From Candidatus Pacearchaeota archaeon (GTDB lineage Archaea > Nanobdellota > Nanobdellia > Pacearchaeales > JAHJTO01), in assembly GCA_038849525.1 (NCBI GenBank), contig JAWCMS010000001.1, positions 296,222-360,221 of the forward strand: a DNA stretch of 64,000 nucleotides, in the 5' to 3' direction. Each line of letters starts with the position of its first letter. The first letter of the stretch is position 1. Below the pieces are notes generated by a model that ran no database searches, was not told the origin of the DNA, and saw only the letters and a program-made list of their open reading frames with translations. The position numbers and the translations under genes are program-made. Positions 36,789 through 46,649 of the stretch are shown here, piece after piece.

Positions 36789-37883
36789 ATGGAAGAACAA
36801 GAAAGACTAAAAATTGAAAGACTGATCGAAGAGCTTGAAAGCTATAGAGGAAGACATACAGAGCTAATTACAGTTTATATTCCTGCCGATTACAATATTA
36901 ATTTAGCTATCAAGCAGATTGATACTGAAAAGTCTACTGCTGTAAACATAAAATCAAAAAATACAAGAAAATCTGTTTTAGATGCTCTCGAAAGAATTAC
37001 AAGACAGTTAAAGCTATACAAGGAAACTCCAAAAAATGGACTTGCAATATTCTCTGGAAATATAAGTAAGACAGAAGGGCAGGAAGACATAAGAATATGG
37101 GTATATGAACCACCCGTTCCGATAAAAGTCAAGATGTACAGATGCGACCAAACATTTGTTCTTGATCCCTTAAAAGAACTTCTTGAAGCGAAAGAAGTTT
37201 ACGGCTTAGTTGTTATGGACAGAAGAGAAGCTACATTAGGGGTTTTAGAAGGTAAAAATATTAGGGTCTTAAAGAGGATGACTTCTGGAGTGCCAGGAAA
37301 ACAAAGAGCTGGAGGACAAAGCGCACAGCGTTTTGAGAGATTAACAGAACAGATGGCTGTTGATTTCTATAGAAGAGTTACAGAAGCGATGAAAGAACAA
37401 TTTTTTAATATGCCTAAACTAAAAGGAATACTCATAGGTGGTCCTGGACCGACTAAAGAAAACATGCTTGAATATGGTCAATTAGTAACTGCATTAAAAA
37501 ACAAAATTATTGCTATAAAGGATATAGGTTACACTGATGAATTTGGTTTAAGGATGCTTGTAGAAGCTTCGCAGGATATTCTAGCGAAAGAAGAAATAAC
37601 AAAGGAAAAAGAAGAAATGAAAAAGTTCTTTACTCTCTTAGCAACAAAACCAGAAAAAGTGTCTTATGGCGAAGCTGAAGTTTTAAGAGCTTTAAGTTTA
37701 GGAGCTGTTGAAAAATTATTTTTGTCCAAGAAACTTAAAAAAGAAAAAATACATGAACTTGAACAGAAAGCAGCAGAAATTTCAGCTAACGTTGTTTTAG
37801 TATCAGACGAAACAGATGAAGGCAAACAATTTTTAAATCTTGGTGGAATTGGGGCTATATTAAGATATACTATCGGAGAATAA
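36789..37883 (+). CDS. prf1: Peptide chain release factor aRF1
   Basis: NIKS, YRCDQTF, GGQS motifs; ATG at 36789 preferred. Confidence 0.97.
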   Translation: MEEQERLKIERLIEELESYRGRHTELITVYIPADYNINLAIKQIDTEKSTAVNIKSKNTRKSVLDALERITRQLKLYKETPKNGLAIFSGNISKTEGQEDIRIWVYEPPVPIKVKMYRCDQTFVLDPLKELLEAKEVYGLVVMDRREATLGVLEGKNIRVLKRMTSGVPGKQRAGGQSAQRFERLTEQMAVDFYRRVTEAMKEQFFNMPKLKGILIGGPGPTKENMLEYGQLVTALKNKIIAIKDIGYTDEFGLRMLVEASQDILAKEEITKEKEEMKKFFTLLATKPEKVSYGEAEVLRALSLGAVEKLFLSKKLKKEKIHELEQKAAEISANVVLVSDETDEGKQFLNLGGIGAILRYTIGE

Positions 37884-37925
37884 ATTTAAAATACATCAAT
37901 ATCAAAAAGTATATTACAAGATCTT

Positions 37926-38489
37926 TTGAAGATGGTAGAAGAAGAAAAAAATAACGAAGCTATTACAGAAGCAGTTCTTTTTATTGCGGGAAGATTTCTT
38001 AGTTTACAAGAGTTAGTTATGTATACTAATATAAATCCATTAACATTAAAAGAAATTCTTTTGAAACTTGAAGAGAAATACAAAAATGCAAACTCTGCAT
38101 TTACTCTTGTTGTTAGAGGAGAAAATTATAAGCTCGATGTGAAAAAAGATTATTCATGGCTTGTTAATAAATTAGCATCAGGAAAATCTGAATTCACAAG
38201 AGCAGAACAAGAAACTTTAGCAATTATTGCTTATAAGCAACCAATTTTACAATCAGTTGTTGTAAAAATAAGAGGAAATAAAGCTTATGAGCATATAAAA
38301 AAGTTAATCGAACTTGATTTAGTTAAGGGAAGAAAGATAAGACATACTTTAGAGTTAACTTTATCAGATAACTTTTATGATTATTTTAATATAAACAAAG
38401 ATAAAAATGCAGATGAATTAAGAGCAACGGTAAAGTCTATGGAAAATAGAAATCAGGGCAAAGAGTTAGGTGCTGATAAAGCAACCTAA
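37926..38489 (+). CDS. scpB: SMC-Scp complex subunit ScpB
   Basis: EAVLF.AG, ETLAIIAYKQPI.QS.VVKIRGN.AY.HIK.L. Confidence 0.92.
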   Translation: MKMVEEEKNNEAITEAVLFIAGRFLSLQELVMYTNINPLTLKEILLKLEEKYKNANSAFTLVVRGENYKLDVKKDYSWLVNKLASGKSEFTRAEQETLAIIAYKQPILQSVVVKIRGNKAYEHIKKLIELDLVKGRKIRHTLELTLSDNFYDYFNINKDKNADELRATVKSMENRNQGKELGADKAT

Positions 38490-38490
38490 A

Positions 38491-39753
38491 ATGTTATTCA
38501 AATATCTTCTGATTTATGTAACTGTATTTTTTGGGATATTTGTCGGAGTATTTCTTTTAATAACTTTGATGGAAAACTGGAAAAAAATAAAAAATCCTTC
38601 TCCAAAAAAACTTTTTTCTGTTTCTTTAATAGTTCCTGCTTATAATGAAGAGAAAAACATTGCAAAAACAATATCTTGCCTTGCAAATATAGAATATCCA
38701 AAAAATTTGCTTGAAATTCTAATCATAGATGATGGTAGTAGAGATAATACATTTAAGATTGCAAAACAAGCAGCAAGAAAAGAGCATTCAAAAGGCATTC
38801 AAATAAAAGTGTTCACAAAACCAAATGGTGGAAAAGCTAGTGCGGTGAACTTTGGAATAAAAAAATCCTTAGGAGAATTAGTAGGAACATTGGATGCAGA
38901 TTCATTTGTAACAAAAGATGCATTAATGAAAATGATTGGTTACTTTAATGATGAAAAAGTGGCTGCAGTTACATCGTCATTAAAAGTGTACAAACCGAAA
39001 GGATTTTTGCAACGAATACAGCATATTGAATATCTTTTTAGTATATTTATGAGGAAGAATTTTTCATTTCTTAATGTTATACATATAACTCCTGGTCCGT
39101 TGTCTATATACAGAAAAGCATTCTTTGAAAAATATGGTGGATTTGATGAGCATAATCTTACGGAAGATACTGAAATAGCATTTAGAATCCAATCAAAAAA
39201 TTATAAGATTGAGAACAGTATTGATGCTGTTGTTTATACTATTGCTCCTGATAAATTTAATGAGTTGTTAAAACAAAGGATAAGATGGTATTATGGGCTA
39301 TTGAAGAACCTTCAGATGTATCCTAATCTTTTGAATCCAACCTATGGTTATCTTGCTTTGTTTGCTCTTCCTGCAGCACTTATATCAGTTTTGTTATTGC
39401 TAATTGTAGTTTCATATTTTACCTATATTAGTATTGATTCAATGATAAAAACATTAACAAATTGGAGCATTGTAAATTTTGATTTAATAACATTAATGAA
39501 AGGATTTAAAATCGAATATCTTTATTATGAATTGACCTCTCCTTTAACAATTCTCCTATTAATTTCATTAAGTTTCAATTTTCTGTTTATTTTTTTGGCG
39601 AAAATAGGGAGCAAAGATAAAAAACCGATAATGCTTAGTTATGCGTATTATATGGCTGCATATGCATATCTTTATACATTTTGGTGGTTTGTTGTTATAA
39701 TCTACAAGTTGTTTGGAGGAAAGATAGGGTGGAAAGAAATTAAGTATAAATAG
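38491..39753 (+). CDS. Processive membrane glycosyltransferase family 2
   Basis: VPAYNE, DDGS.D, GKA.A.N.G, DAD, TED, QRIRW, C-terminal TM helices; ATG at 38491 follows the scpB stop. Confidence 0.9.
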   Translation: MLFKYLLIYVTVFFGIFVGVFLLITLMENWKKIKNPSPKKLFSVSLIVPAYNEEKNIAKTISCLANIEYPKNLLEILIIDDGSRDNTFKIAKQAARKEHSKGIQIKVFTKPNGGKASAVNFGIKKSLGELVGTLDADSFVTKDALMKMIGYFNDEKVAAVTSSLKVYKPKGFLQRIQHIEYLFSIFMRKNFSFLNVIHITPGPLSIYRKAFFEKYGGFDEHNLTEDTEIAFRIQSKNYKIENSIDAVVYTIAPDKFNELLKQRIRWYYGLLKNLQMYPNLLNPTYGYLALFALPAALISVLLLLIVVSYFTYISIDSMIKTLTNWSIVNFDLITLMKGFKIEYLYYELTSPLTILLLISLSFNFLFIFLAKIGSKDKKPIMLSYAYYMAAYAYLYTFWWFVVIIYKLFGGKIGWKEIKYK

Positions 39754-39793
39754 CATACTATCAAAAACACAAGAGTTTAAAAAATAGAAAAAG

Positions 39794-40474
39794 GTGACAA
39801 AAATAGCAAAAATGAAACAGATTAGTAAGGAAGAAAGAAAGGTTGACTGGATAAAAATAATTGCTGCTTTTGCACTTTCATGCTTGATTTTTATTGCAGG
39901 AATAGCTTTAGGAACATTAATAACAAAAGACAAGGTTGAAAGCATAGTCACTCTTGAAAAAGAGGCTCGGCTTGAGCTTGAAACTCTTTCATTGGAGGAA
40001 AAACTTTTTGAACAAAACCCGTGTATAGATCCTTCGCATCTTTCAAAGAAACTTGATGATCTAGGAACAAAATTAACATATCTCGAATCTCAATACAGCA
40101 AAAATAGTAAGGAAATTATGGACTTGAAGAAGCCTTATACTTTGCTTGAACTAAGGCATTATTTTGCGCTGAAAAATATGATCGAAAAATGCAATTATAA
40201 CTATACTTTGATTCTTTTCTTTTATTCCAACTCCCCTGAAAACATAAAAATTAGCGAAGAGCAAGGTTTTGTTCTTGACTATCTAAAAAAGAAGTTTGGA
40301 AATGTTAAAATCTATTCATTTGATTCAGACTTAGACCTGGATATTATAAAACTAATGAAAGAAATGTATGGCCTGACAATAATTCCAAGTATAGTGATAA
40401 ATGATAAGGTTTATGCAGGTTTCCATTCTAAAGAAGAACTTGAAAAATTGCTTGAAATTAATTCGAAGATATAG
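39794..40474 (+). CDS. Membrane-anchored hypothetical protein with C-terminal thioredoxin-like fold
   Basis: N-terminal TM; C-terminal LILFFYS...Y.FD.D.....IP.IVIN..VY.GF.S.EEL. Confidence 0.7.
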   Translation: MTKIAKMKQISKEERKVDWIKIIAAFALSCLIFIAGIALGTLITKDKVESIVTLEKEARLELETLSLEEKLFEQNPCIDPSHLSKKLDDLGTKLTYLESQYSKNSKEIMDLKKPYTLLELRHYFALKNMIEKCNYNYTLILFFYSNSPENIKISEEQGFVLDYLKKKFGNVKIYSFDSDLDLDIIKLMKEMYGLTIIPSIVINDKVYAGFHSKEELEKLLEINSKI

Positions 40475-40604
40475 ACATCTTCTCCGAATTTTTGTTTAAA
40501 CGCAAATTTTGAACTTTCGTTGATTTTACTGAAACTTGGATTTTGAGAATTGTCTTATTCTTTATTACCATAATCTTTTTATATAATTAAATATTAGAAA
40601 GTTA

Positions 40605-41021
40605 ATGACAGATGAATGCGAATATTGCGGTGAACAAGCAGAATATGATGTTCTTATTGATGGAAATTACATAAGAGTGTGCAAAAAATGCCTTAATGAC
40701 GATATGGTTATTATTGAAAAACCAACAAAAGAACAGATTAACTTCAGTTATAAAAGGCCAACAGTAAGACAAATCCTATCAAAAATGTCTGGTGCACCTA
40801 CAAATTATTTTGAAAGAATACCTAATCCTCCACCAAGCCTGAGTCTTTTGAGACAGCCTACAAAAGAAAGTATAATCAAAAAAAGACTTACAAATCTAAA
40901 ACTTGAGAGTCCAGATCAATCAAGAATCGTACAACAAAGAGAGCCTAAACAACCTTCTATTTCTTTAACTAAAGAAAAAAAAGAAGAAATTGAATCAGAA
41001 GATGACTTTTTAGATATCTAA
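40605..41021 (+). CDS. Zinc-ribbon protein resembling the N-terminal half of archaeal MBF1, no HTH visible
   Basis: CEYCG...IDG..IRVCKKC followed by low-complexity P/K/E tail. Confidence 0.6.
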   Translation: MTDECEYCGEQAEYDVLIDGNYIRVCKKCLNDDMVIIEKPTKEQINFSYKRPTVRQILSKMSGAPTNYFERIPNPPPSLSLLRQPTKESIIKKRLTNLKLESPDQSRIVQQREPKQPSISLTKEKKEEIESEDDFLDI

Positions 41022-41093
41022 AAGGTATTAAAATAGTTCTTTAGTATCATTTACTTGGAAAATCTTTAAAATCTAAATTAATTATTTTTATTT

Positions 41094-41714
41094 ATGATAA
41101 CAAAGAAACAGCTAGCGATTTTGTTGAGTAAGTTAGCAACTTTTGAAGCACCAAAAGCTGAATTAGAACAATATCCTTTAGATGGGGAAACAGCTTCTGC
41201 TATTTTATGGGATGCTTTTCAAAAAGGAGATATCCAAAACAGAACAATTGCTGATTTCGGTTGTGGAACAGGTATTCTAGGATTGGGGGCTTTACTTTTA
41301 GGAGCAAAAAAAGTTTATTTCATAGATAAAAGTGAAGGTGCTATAAGAAGAGCAAAACAAAATCTTACTTTTCTTGAAAGAGAGATGAATAAGCATTTTT
41401 ATGGAAAGGCAGTATGGCTTATTGGAGATATTTCATTGTTTAGACACAAAGTTTATACTGTACTTGAAAATCCTCCTTTTGGTACTAAACAAAAACATAT
41501 CGATCGGGTATTTTTAGAACATGCAATGGAAATAGGAAAAATTGTTTATTCTATCCATAAAACATCTACTATTGATTTTATAAAAAATTTTGTAAAAAGA
41601 AAAAGAAAAAAAATTACTTCTGAATTAAAATTGAAAATACCGCTGAAAAAGACAATGCCTTGGCATAAACATGAAATTCATAGGATAGATGTAACTTACA
41701 TAAGAGTAGAATAA
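41094..41714 (+). CDS. METTL5-like RNA methyltransferase (COG2263)
   Basis: LEQY, IADFGCGTGILG.GA, NPPFGT, D..FL..A, YSIH. Confidence 0.9.
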   Translation: MITKKQLAILLSKLATFEAPKAELEQYPLDGETASAILWDAFQKGDIQNRTIADFGCGTGILGLGALLLGAKKVYFIDKSEGAIRRAKQNLTFLEREMNKHFYGKAVWLIGDISLFRHKVYTVLENPPFGTKQKHIDRVFLEHAMEIGKIVYSIHKTSTIDFIKNFVKRKRKKITSELKLKIPLKKTMPWHKHEIHRIDVTYIRVE

Positions 41715-41761
41715 GTAAAAATAGTAAGGTTTTTAAGGTTTCTAAAAGAAATTATCTTATA

Positions 41762-42034
41762 ATGATAACTAAAATTCTTAAAAATGAAAAAAATTATATT
41801 GAATTAGAGCTAAATAATCCTACAATAGCAGAGCTTTTGAGAGTATTCTTATGGCAAGACGATTCTGTAAAACTTGCTGCATGGAAGAGAGAACATCCAA
41901 CTAAAAATCCTATACTTATAGTAAAAACAGATGGAAAAACTGCAAAAAAAGCACTTCAAGATTGCATTGAAAGGATAGATAAATTAAATGACAAGGTACT
42001 TGAAGAATTCAAAAAAGCAAAAATTACTAAATAA
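41762..42034 (+). CDS. rpoL: RNA polymerase subunit L (Rpo11)
   Basis: E.EL..PT.A.LLR..L..D..V..AA...EHP....P.L.V.T. Confidence 0.85.
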   Translation: MITKILKNEKNYIELELNNPTIAELLRVFLWQDDSVKLAAWKREHPTKNPILIVKTDGKTAKKALQDCIERIDKLNDKVLEEFKKAKITK

Positions 42035-42113
42035 ACCTTCTTAGGCAATTAAATTTAAGGGGATTATTAATCTTTAGCAAAAATTTTATAATATACCAAA
42101 TATATTAAAAAGT

Positions 42114-42734
42114 ATGTTTAGCCTAAAAGAGGGGAGAGAACTTATAAAAATTGCAAGAAGAGAACTTGAATGTTATTTTAAAAATCAAGAGATAGAAAAG
42201 TGGGATATTTCTGGTTTTAAGGAAAAAGTAGGGATTTTTGTATCTTTATATAGTTATCCTTCAAAGAAATTAAGAGGATGCATTGGTTTTCCTACTCCTC
42301 AGATGCCTTTATGGGAAAGTGTCAGGGAAGCAGCAAGGGCGGCGGCATTTGAAGATCCAAGATTTTTACCTTTGACTAAAGAGGAACTTGATAATATAAC
42401 AATAGAAATCTCTATTTTGACAAAACCAAAAATGATTGAGACAAGCGAAAATCATAAGGACAGAACGAAAAGGCATGAACAACTTCTTCATGAAATAGAA
42501 ATAGGTAAGGATGGGTTGATTTTAGAATATTCTGGATATTCTGCTTTGTTTTTGCCACAGGTTCCTGTAGAACAGAAGTGGGATGTTGAGCATTTTTTGC
42601 AAGAACTCTGCAAAAAAGCCGGAGTTTCTCCACAAACATGGAAGAATCCATCATGTAAAATCTATAAATTTCAAGCACAAATTTTTTCTGAAATTAAGCC
42701 TAATGGAGAAATAAAAGAAATTAAATTAATTTAA
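42114..42734 (+). CDS. AMMECR1 domain protein
   Basis: G.FV.L....LRGCIG, AAFEDPRF.P, E.SIL, LFLPQV..EQ.W, LC.KAG. Confidence 0.93.
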   Translation: MFSLKEGRELIKIARRELECYFKNQEIEKWDISGFKEKVGIFVSLYSYPSKKLRGCIGFPTPQMPLWESVREAARAAAFEDPRFLPLTKEELDNITIEISILTKPKMIETSENHKDRTKRHEQLLHEIEIGKDGLILEYSGYSALFLPQVPVEQKWDVEHFLQELCKKAGVSPQTWKNPSCKIYKFQAQIFSEIKPNGEIKEIKLI

Positions 42735-42812
42735 AATCTTTTTTATCTTTAATTTTTAATTATTATAAGCTTTTGCATAAATTTATTTATACTGATATAA
42801 TGAAAATTTTCT

Positions 42813-43559
42813 ATGAAAATTTCCACTGGGAATAAAGATTTTGATGATTGGCTTGAAGGAGGATACGAAACAGATATTATCACTACCTTGTATGGGCCTG
42901 CCGGAAGTGGAAAAACTAATTTATGCTTGCTTTCTGCTGTTGAACAAGCTAAAAAAGGCATGAAAGTAATTTTTATTGATACAGAAGGAAGTTTTTCTAT
43001 TGAAAGACTGAAACAACTTGCAGATGAATCTGTCATGAAAAATATTCTCTTATTAAAAGCGACTAAATTTTATGAGCAAGTCCAAATTTTTAATAAGCTT
43101 TTAGGGAAAATAAACAAGGATATTGGACTAATTATTGTTGATAGTATGGTGATGCTTTATAGACTTGAAGTGGGAATTGCGAGAGAGGAAAATGAAGAAG
43201 AAAAAGTAAGAATTCTAAATATGGCAATGGCAAAGCAGTTGAGAATTCTTAATGAAATTGCAAGGAAGAAAAATATTCCTGTGATTATAACAGACCAAGT
43301 ATATTCTGATTTTCTAAATAGCGAGAGAATACAAGAAATGAGAGAAAAAGGAATTGATATAAATGAAGAAAAATCAAAAAATGTCAAGATGGTTGGTGGC
43401 GATTTGCTTAAATATTGGAGTAAATGTATAATAGAATTGAAAAGAGATGGGAATAAAAGAAAAGCTATTCTTAAGAAGCACAGGAGTCTTCCTGAAAAAG
43501 AGTTCTCTTTTCAGATAACCGCGAAAGGTATTGAAAAAGTAGGATTCAAACTTTTTTAA
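42813..43559 (+). CDS. radB: DNA repair and recombination protein RadB
   Basis: STG..FD..L.GG, GPAGSGKT, FIDTEG, VDS...LYR, KHRS basic patch. Confidence 0.93.
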   Translation: MKISTGNKDFDDWLEGGYETDIITTLYGPAGSGKTNLCLLSAVEQAKKGMKVIFIDTEGSFSIERLKQLADESVMKNILLLKATKFYEQVQIFNKLLGKINKDIGLIIVDSMVMLYRLEVGIAREENEEEKVRILNMAMAKQLRILNEIARKKNIPVIITDQVYSDFLNSERIQEMREKGIDINEEKSKNVKMVGGDLLKYWSKCIIELKRDGNKRKAILKKHRSLPEKEFSFQITAKGIEKVGFKLF

Positions 43560-43586
43560 AAAATTTGAACTATTACGCTTAGATTT

Positions 43587-45740
43587 TTAATTTTTCTTTT
43601 TTCTTTTTGGACAATTTGGATTAAAACAAAATTCCCATGGCTTTTTACTTTTCCTTATCGCCATTAAGATTGGAAAACTACATTCGCATACCTTGTCTGT
43701 TTTTTTTATCAATCCGTAAGGCGGAAGAGAAAAAGTTGTTTTACATTCTGGATATTTATCACATGCTAAAAATTGTTGATTTTTATTATTTTTTCTTATA
43801 ACCAAAAATCCTTGATTGCATTTAGGGCACGGCATTATTCTTGATGCTATTCTATCATTTTCTTTTTTTTCTTTTTGCGCTTCCAACAATTCGCGACCTA
43901 TTTTATCTTCATTTTTCTTGAATTGTTTTATTATTTCTGTCAATACTGATTTTGCTTCTTTCAATATTCTTTCTTCTTCAATCTTACCTTTTTTTGAAGT
44001 TTGAATAGCATCCATTTCTTTCTCAAATTTTCTTGTCAATTTTTCATCAAGAATTAGTGGAGAATATTTTTCCAAGATGTTTGTAACGTTTATGCCTAAT
44101 GGAGTTGCTTTAATTTGTTTGTCTACTATGTACCCTCTTTTGTATAATGTATCTATAATTAATGCTCTTGTAGCTTTTGTTCCAAGATTGCGCTTTGCAA
44201 GTTCTGAGACTAAAGATGCTTCTGAATATCTATGAGGAGGTTGAGTTTCTTTTTCATCTATCTTTATTTCTTTTACCTTTATTTTTCCGTTTATATCTGG
44301 AATGATTTTTTCTTCGATTTTTGCTTTGTACACATTCAACCAACCTTCCTCTTTTATTTTTAGTCCTTTAGCAATAAATTTTTTTCCTTCTATTTCTGCA
44401 GTGACTGTTTTTGTTTCAAGTAAAGCATCTGCAGAAAAGCATGAAATAAATCTTCTTACTATAAGGTCATAAACTCTTTGTAAATCTCCTTCTAGTTTTG
44501 CAGTTTCTCCTGTAGGATAAATTGACGGATGGGCAGGATCACTTTTATTACCTTCTACAGGTGTTTTTCTTACTACATTTTTCGTTAAATCAGGAGAAAG
44601 CTTTTCTAATATTTTATGATAATTTATGGACGCTGGAAGTTTTTGTGAACTAGTTCTAGGATATGAAATCAATCCATTAAGATAAAGTGTTTGAGCGATT
44701 TGTAAAAGTTTAGAAGGAGTTATGCCGTAAAGTCTATATGCTTCAAGCTGCAGTGTTGTTAAATCGAATGGAAAAGGTGGAATTAATCTTTCAGACTTTT
44801 TTTCTGTTTTTGCTATTCCTTCTTTACCTTTTAATTTATTAAATTCTTCTAGTTCTTTTTTATCAAAAATATCTTTTGAATATTTGAGTAATATTTCATG
44901 TGAATTTTCAGTTAAAATAGAAATTTGCCAATATGGTTTAGGTTTAAATTTTTGAATTTCTTTTTCTTTTTTAACTACCAGAGCTAAAGCAGGGCCCTGA
45001 ACTCTGCCTATAGAAAGAATGGCAAAAGTACCTGCTTTTTTTATTGCCGACATTAATGCTCTTGATAAGTTTATACCATAAAGCCAGTCAAGATAATGAC
45101 GTGTTTCTCCTGCATAAGCAAGTCCCCAATCTAGATGAGGAATTAGATTTTCGTAAGCATTGACAATGTCCTGTTTTGTTAATGTAGAGAATTTCATTCT
45201 ATTTGCATCGCTTTGATTGCATGCAAATCTTATTATGTTCAAACCGATAACTTCGCCTTCTATATCATAATCACATGCAATTATGTATTTTGAAGCTTTT
45301 TTTGCAAGTTGCTTGATAATATCAAGATATTGCTTTGTATGTTCAGAACCCTTTTTTGAATAACTTGGAAGCCATTCTAATTCAAAAACAGGAAATTTTT
45401 TTTCTTTTTGAAATAAAGAGTATAAATGGCCTGCTGCGCAACATACAAAAATTTTTTTTCCTTTTCTTAAGCATTCATAATATGTAACTTTACCAATTTT
45501 TTTTGCTATTGGTGAGTCATCAGAAATAGCATAAGCTATTTTCATTGCCGCCTGTGGTTTTTCAGTAATTATTAATTCGATATCTTCTTTTGTTTCTTCA
45601 GCAATATTTTTTTCATTTTTGGTTTTTGAGATAATCTTTTTAGGAGGTGACTCTATTCTTATTCTTTCATCCATGCTTAATCTTCTATAAGGAACTGTTA
45701 CAACTTCTTTTGGCATAATTATTTCTTGCATCAAAGTCAT
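43587..45740 (-). CDS. topA: DNA topoisomerase IA
   Basis: TOPRIM LIITEKP..A..IA, ACDYD.EGE.IG, GRVQ.PAL, catalytic ISYPRT, GTKATR, C-terminal zinc fingers. Confidence 0.96.
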   Translation of the reverse strand: MTLMQEIIMPKEVVTVPYRRLSMDERIRIESPPKKIISKTKNEKNIAEETKEDIELIITEKPQAAMKIAYAISDDSPIAKKIGKVTYYECLRKGKKIFVCCAAGHLYSLFQKEKKFPVFELEWLPSYSKKGSEHTKQYLDIIKQLAKKASKYIIACDYDIEGEVIGLNIIRFACNQSDANRMKFSTLTKQDIVNAYENLIPHLDWGLAYAGETRHYLDWLYGINLSRALMSAIKKAGTFAILSIGRVQGPALALVVKKEKEIQKFKPKPYWQISILTENSHEILLKYSKDIFDKKELEEFNKLKGKEGIAKTEKKSERLIPPFPFDLTTLQLEAYRLYGITPSKLLQIAQTLYLNGLISYPRTSSQKLPASINYHKILEKLSPDLTKNVVRKTPVEGNKSDPAHPSIYPTGETAKLEGDLQRVYDLIVRRFISCFSADALLETKTVTAEIEGKKFIAKGLKIKEEGWLNVYKAKIEEKIIPDINGKIKVKEIKIDEKETQPPHRYSEASLVSELAKRNLGTKATRALIIDTLYKRGYIVDKQIKATPLGINVTNILEKYSPLILDEKLTRKFEKEMDAIQTSKKGKIEEERILKEAKSVLTEIIKQFKKNEDKIGRELLEAQKEKKENDRIASRIMPCPKCNQGFLVIRKNNKNQQFLACDKYPECKTTFSLPPYGLIKKTDKVCECSFPILMAIRKSKKPWEFCFNPNCPKRKKKN

Positions 45741-45787
45741 AAAAAATAATTATATAAAAATCTTTGCAAAAATAATTTTTTGATAAA

Positions 45788-45997
45788 TTATCTCCTCTTA
45801 CGTTGCCAAAATACAATATATAACATTTCAAGAATTCCTAGCGTATTTACAATTAATAGGATAGTGAACCATATCTTTTGATTGTTGCGGGCAGCTTTCC
45901 ATAGTGCAATTCCTTTCCATGGAATTGTCCAAATTATTGCCATAATAAGTAACCAAGAAGGAATTATCTCGATCGATGGAATACCAGGAATGGCCAT
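45788..45997 (-). CDS. DUF5652-like small membrane protein
   Basis: W..PWKG.ALWKAAR..Q..WF..LL.VNT.GILE..Y. Confidence 0.85.
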   Translation of the reverse strand: MAIPGIPSIEIIPSWLLIMAIIWTIPWKGIALWKAARNNQKIWFTILLIVNTLGILEMLYIVFWQRKRR

Positions 45998-46115
45998 ATA
46001 AAATTAGAATTAATAATCTCTTTTAAATCTTTGCAGAATTTTTTGTGAGTATTAAGAATATACTTTATATACACAAAACTTATAAGCCTTCTTTTTTACG
46101 CATGTTTATATAAAA

Positions 46116-46646
46116 ATGTATCAACCAGCTGAAGATTCATTATTGCTTGAAAAATATGTAGAAAAATTTGCCTTTGGAAAGGTTCTTGATATAGGTACTG
46201 GGATAGGAATACAAGCTGTTGCAGCAACAAGAAACAAGGCAGTAAAATATGTTCTCGCTATAGATATTGATAAAGAAGCAATTAATTATTGTAAAAGAAA
46301 CATCAAAAATAAAAAAATACTCTTTATGAATTCTGATCTTTTTTCTAATGTAAATGAAAAATTTGATACAATTATTTTTAACCCGCCGTACTTGCCTGAA
46401 GACAAAGATTTGGAAGATAAAGAAATTTATGGTGGTAAAAATGGAATAGAGATTATAGATCGATTTTTTTCTGAAGTTAAAAATTATCTAAATAAAAAAG
46501 GGAATATTCTCTTAGTTTTTTCTTCTATTACAGGAAAAAAGAAAGTTGATGAAATTATAAAAAAAGCAGGATTTAAATTTAAAGAATTAGGTAAGCAACA
46601 TATTTTCTTTGAGGATTTGTTTGTTTATCTTATTCAGTGGCCATAA
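46116..46646 (+). CDS. HemK/PrmC-related methyltransferase (archaeal Mtq2/N6AMT1-like)
   Basis: Y.PAEDS.LL, VLDIGTG.G, FNPPY. Confidence 0.9.
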   Translation: MYQPAEDSLLLEKYVEKFAFGKVLDIGTGIGIQAVAATRNKAVKYVLAIDIDKEAINYCKRNIKNKKILFMNSDLFSNVNEKFDTIIFNPPYLPEDKDLEDKEIYGGKNGIEIIDRFFSEVKNYLNKKGNILLVFSSITGKKKVDEIIKKAGFKFKELGKQHIFFEDLFVYLIQWP

Positions 46647-46649
46647 GCA

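Noticed and set aside
40458-40571. 37-aa minus-strand ORF MVIKNKTILKIQVSVK.. with faint DUF167-like start
   Set aside because: Too short, overlaps the end of the convergent gene, and similarity does not continue in any frame
42114-42734. Possible AMMECR1-MEMO-radical SAM system
   Set aside because: No MEMO gene nearby, and the radical SAM at 20982 is 21 kb away and of a different family
1-45740. Inteins in MCM, ValRS, RadB or TopA
   Set aside because: Protein lengths and motif spacing are normal; no C/S...HN-C/S/T insertion or LAGLIDADG block seen
46059-46086. TATACTT/TATACAC/ACTTATA boxes resembling the 18.9-kb array
   Set aside because: Spacing is irregular, matches are imperfect and one box is the probable TATA element; expected by chance in AT-rich DNA
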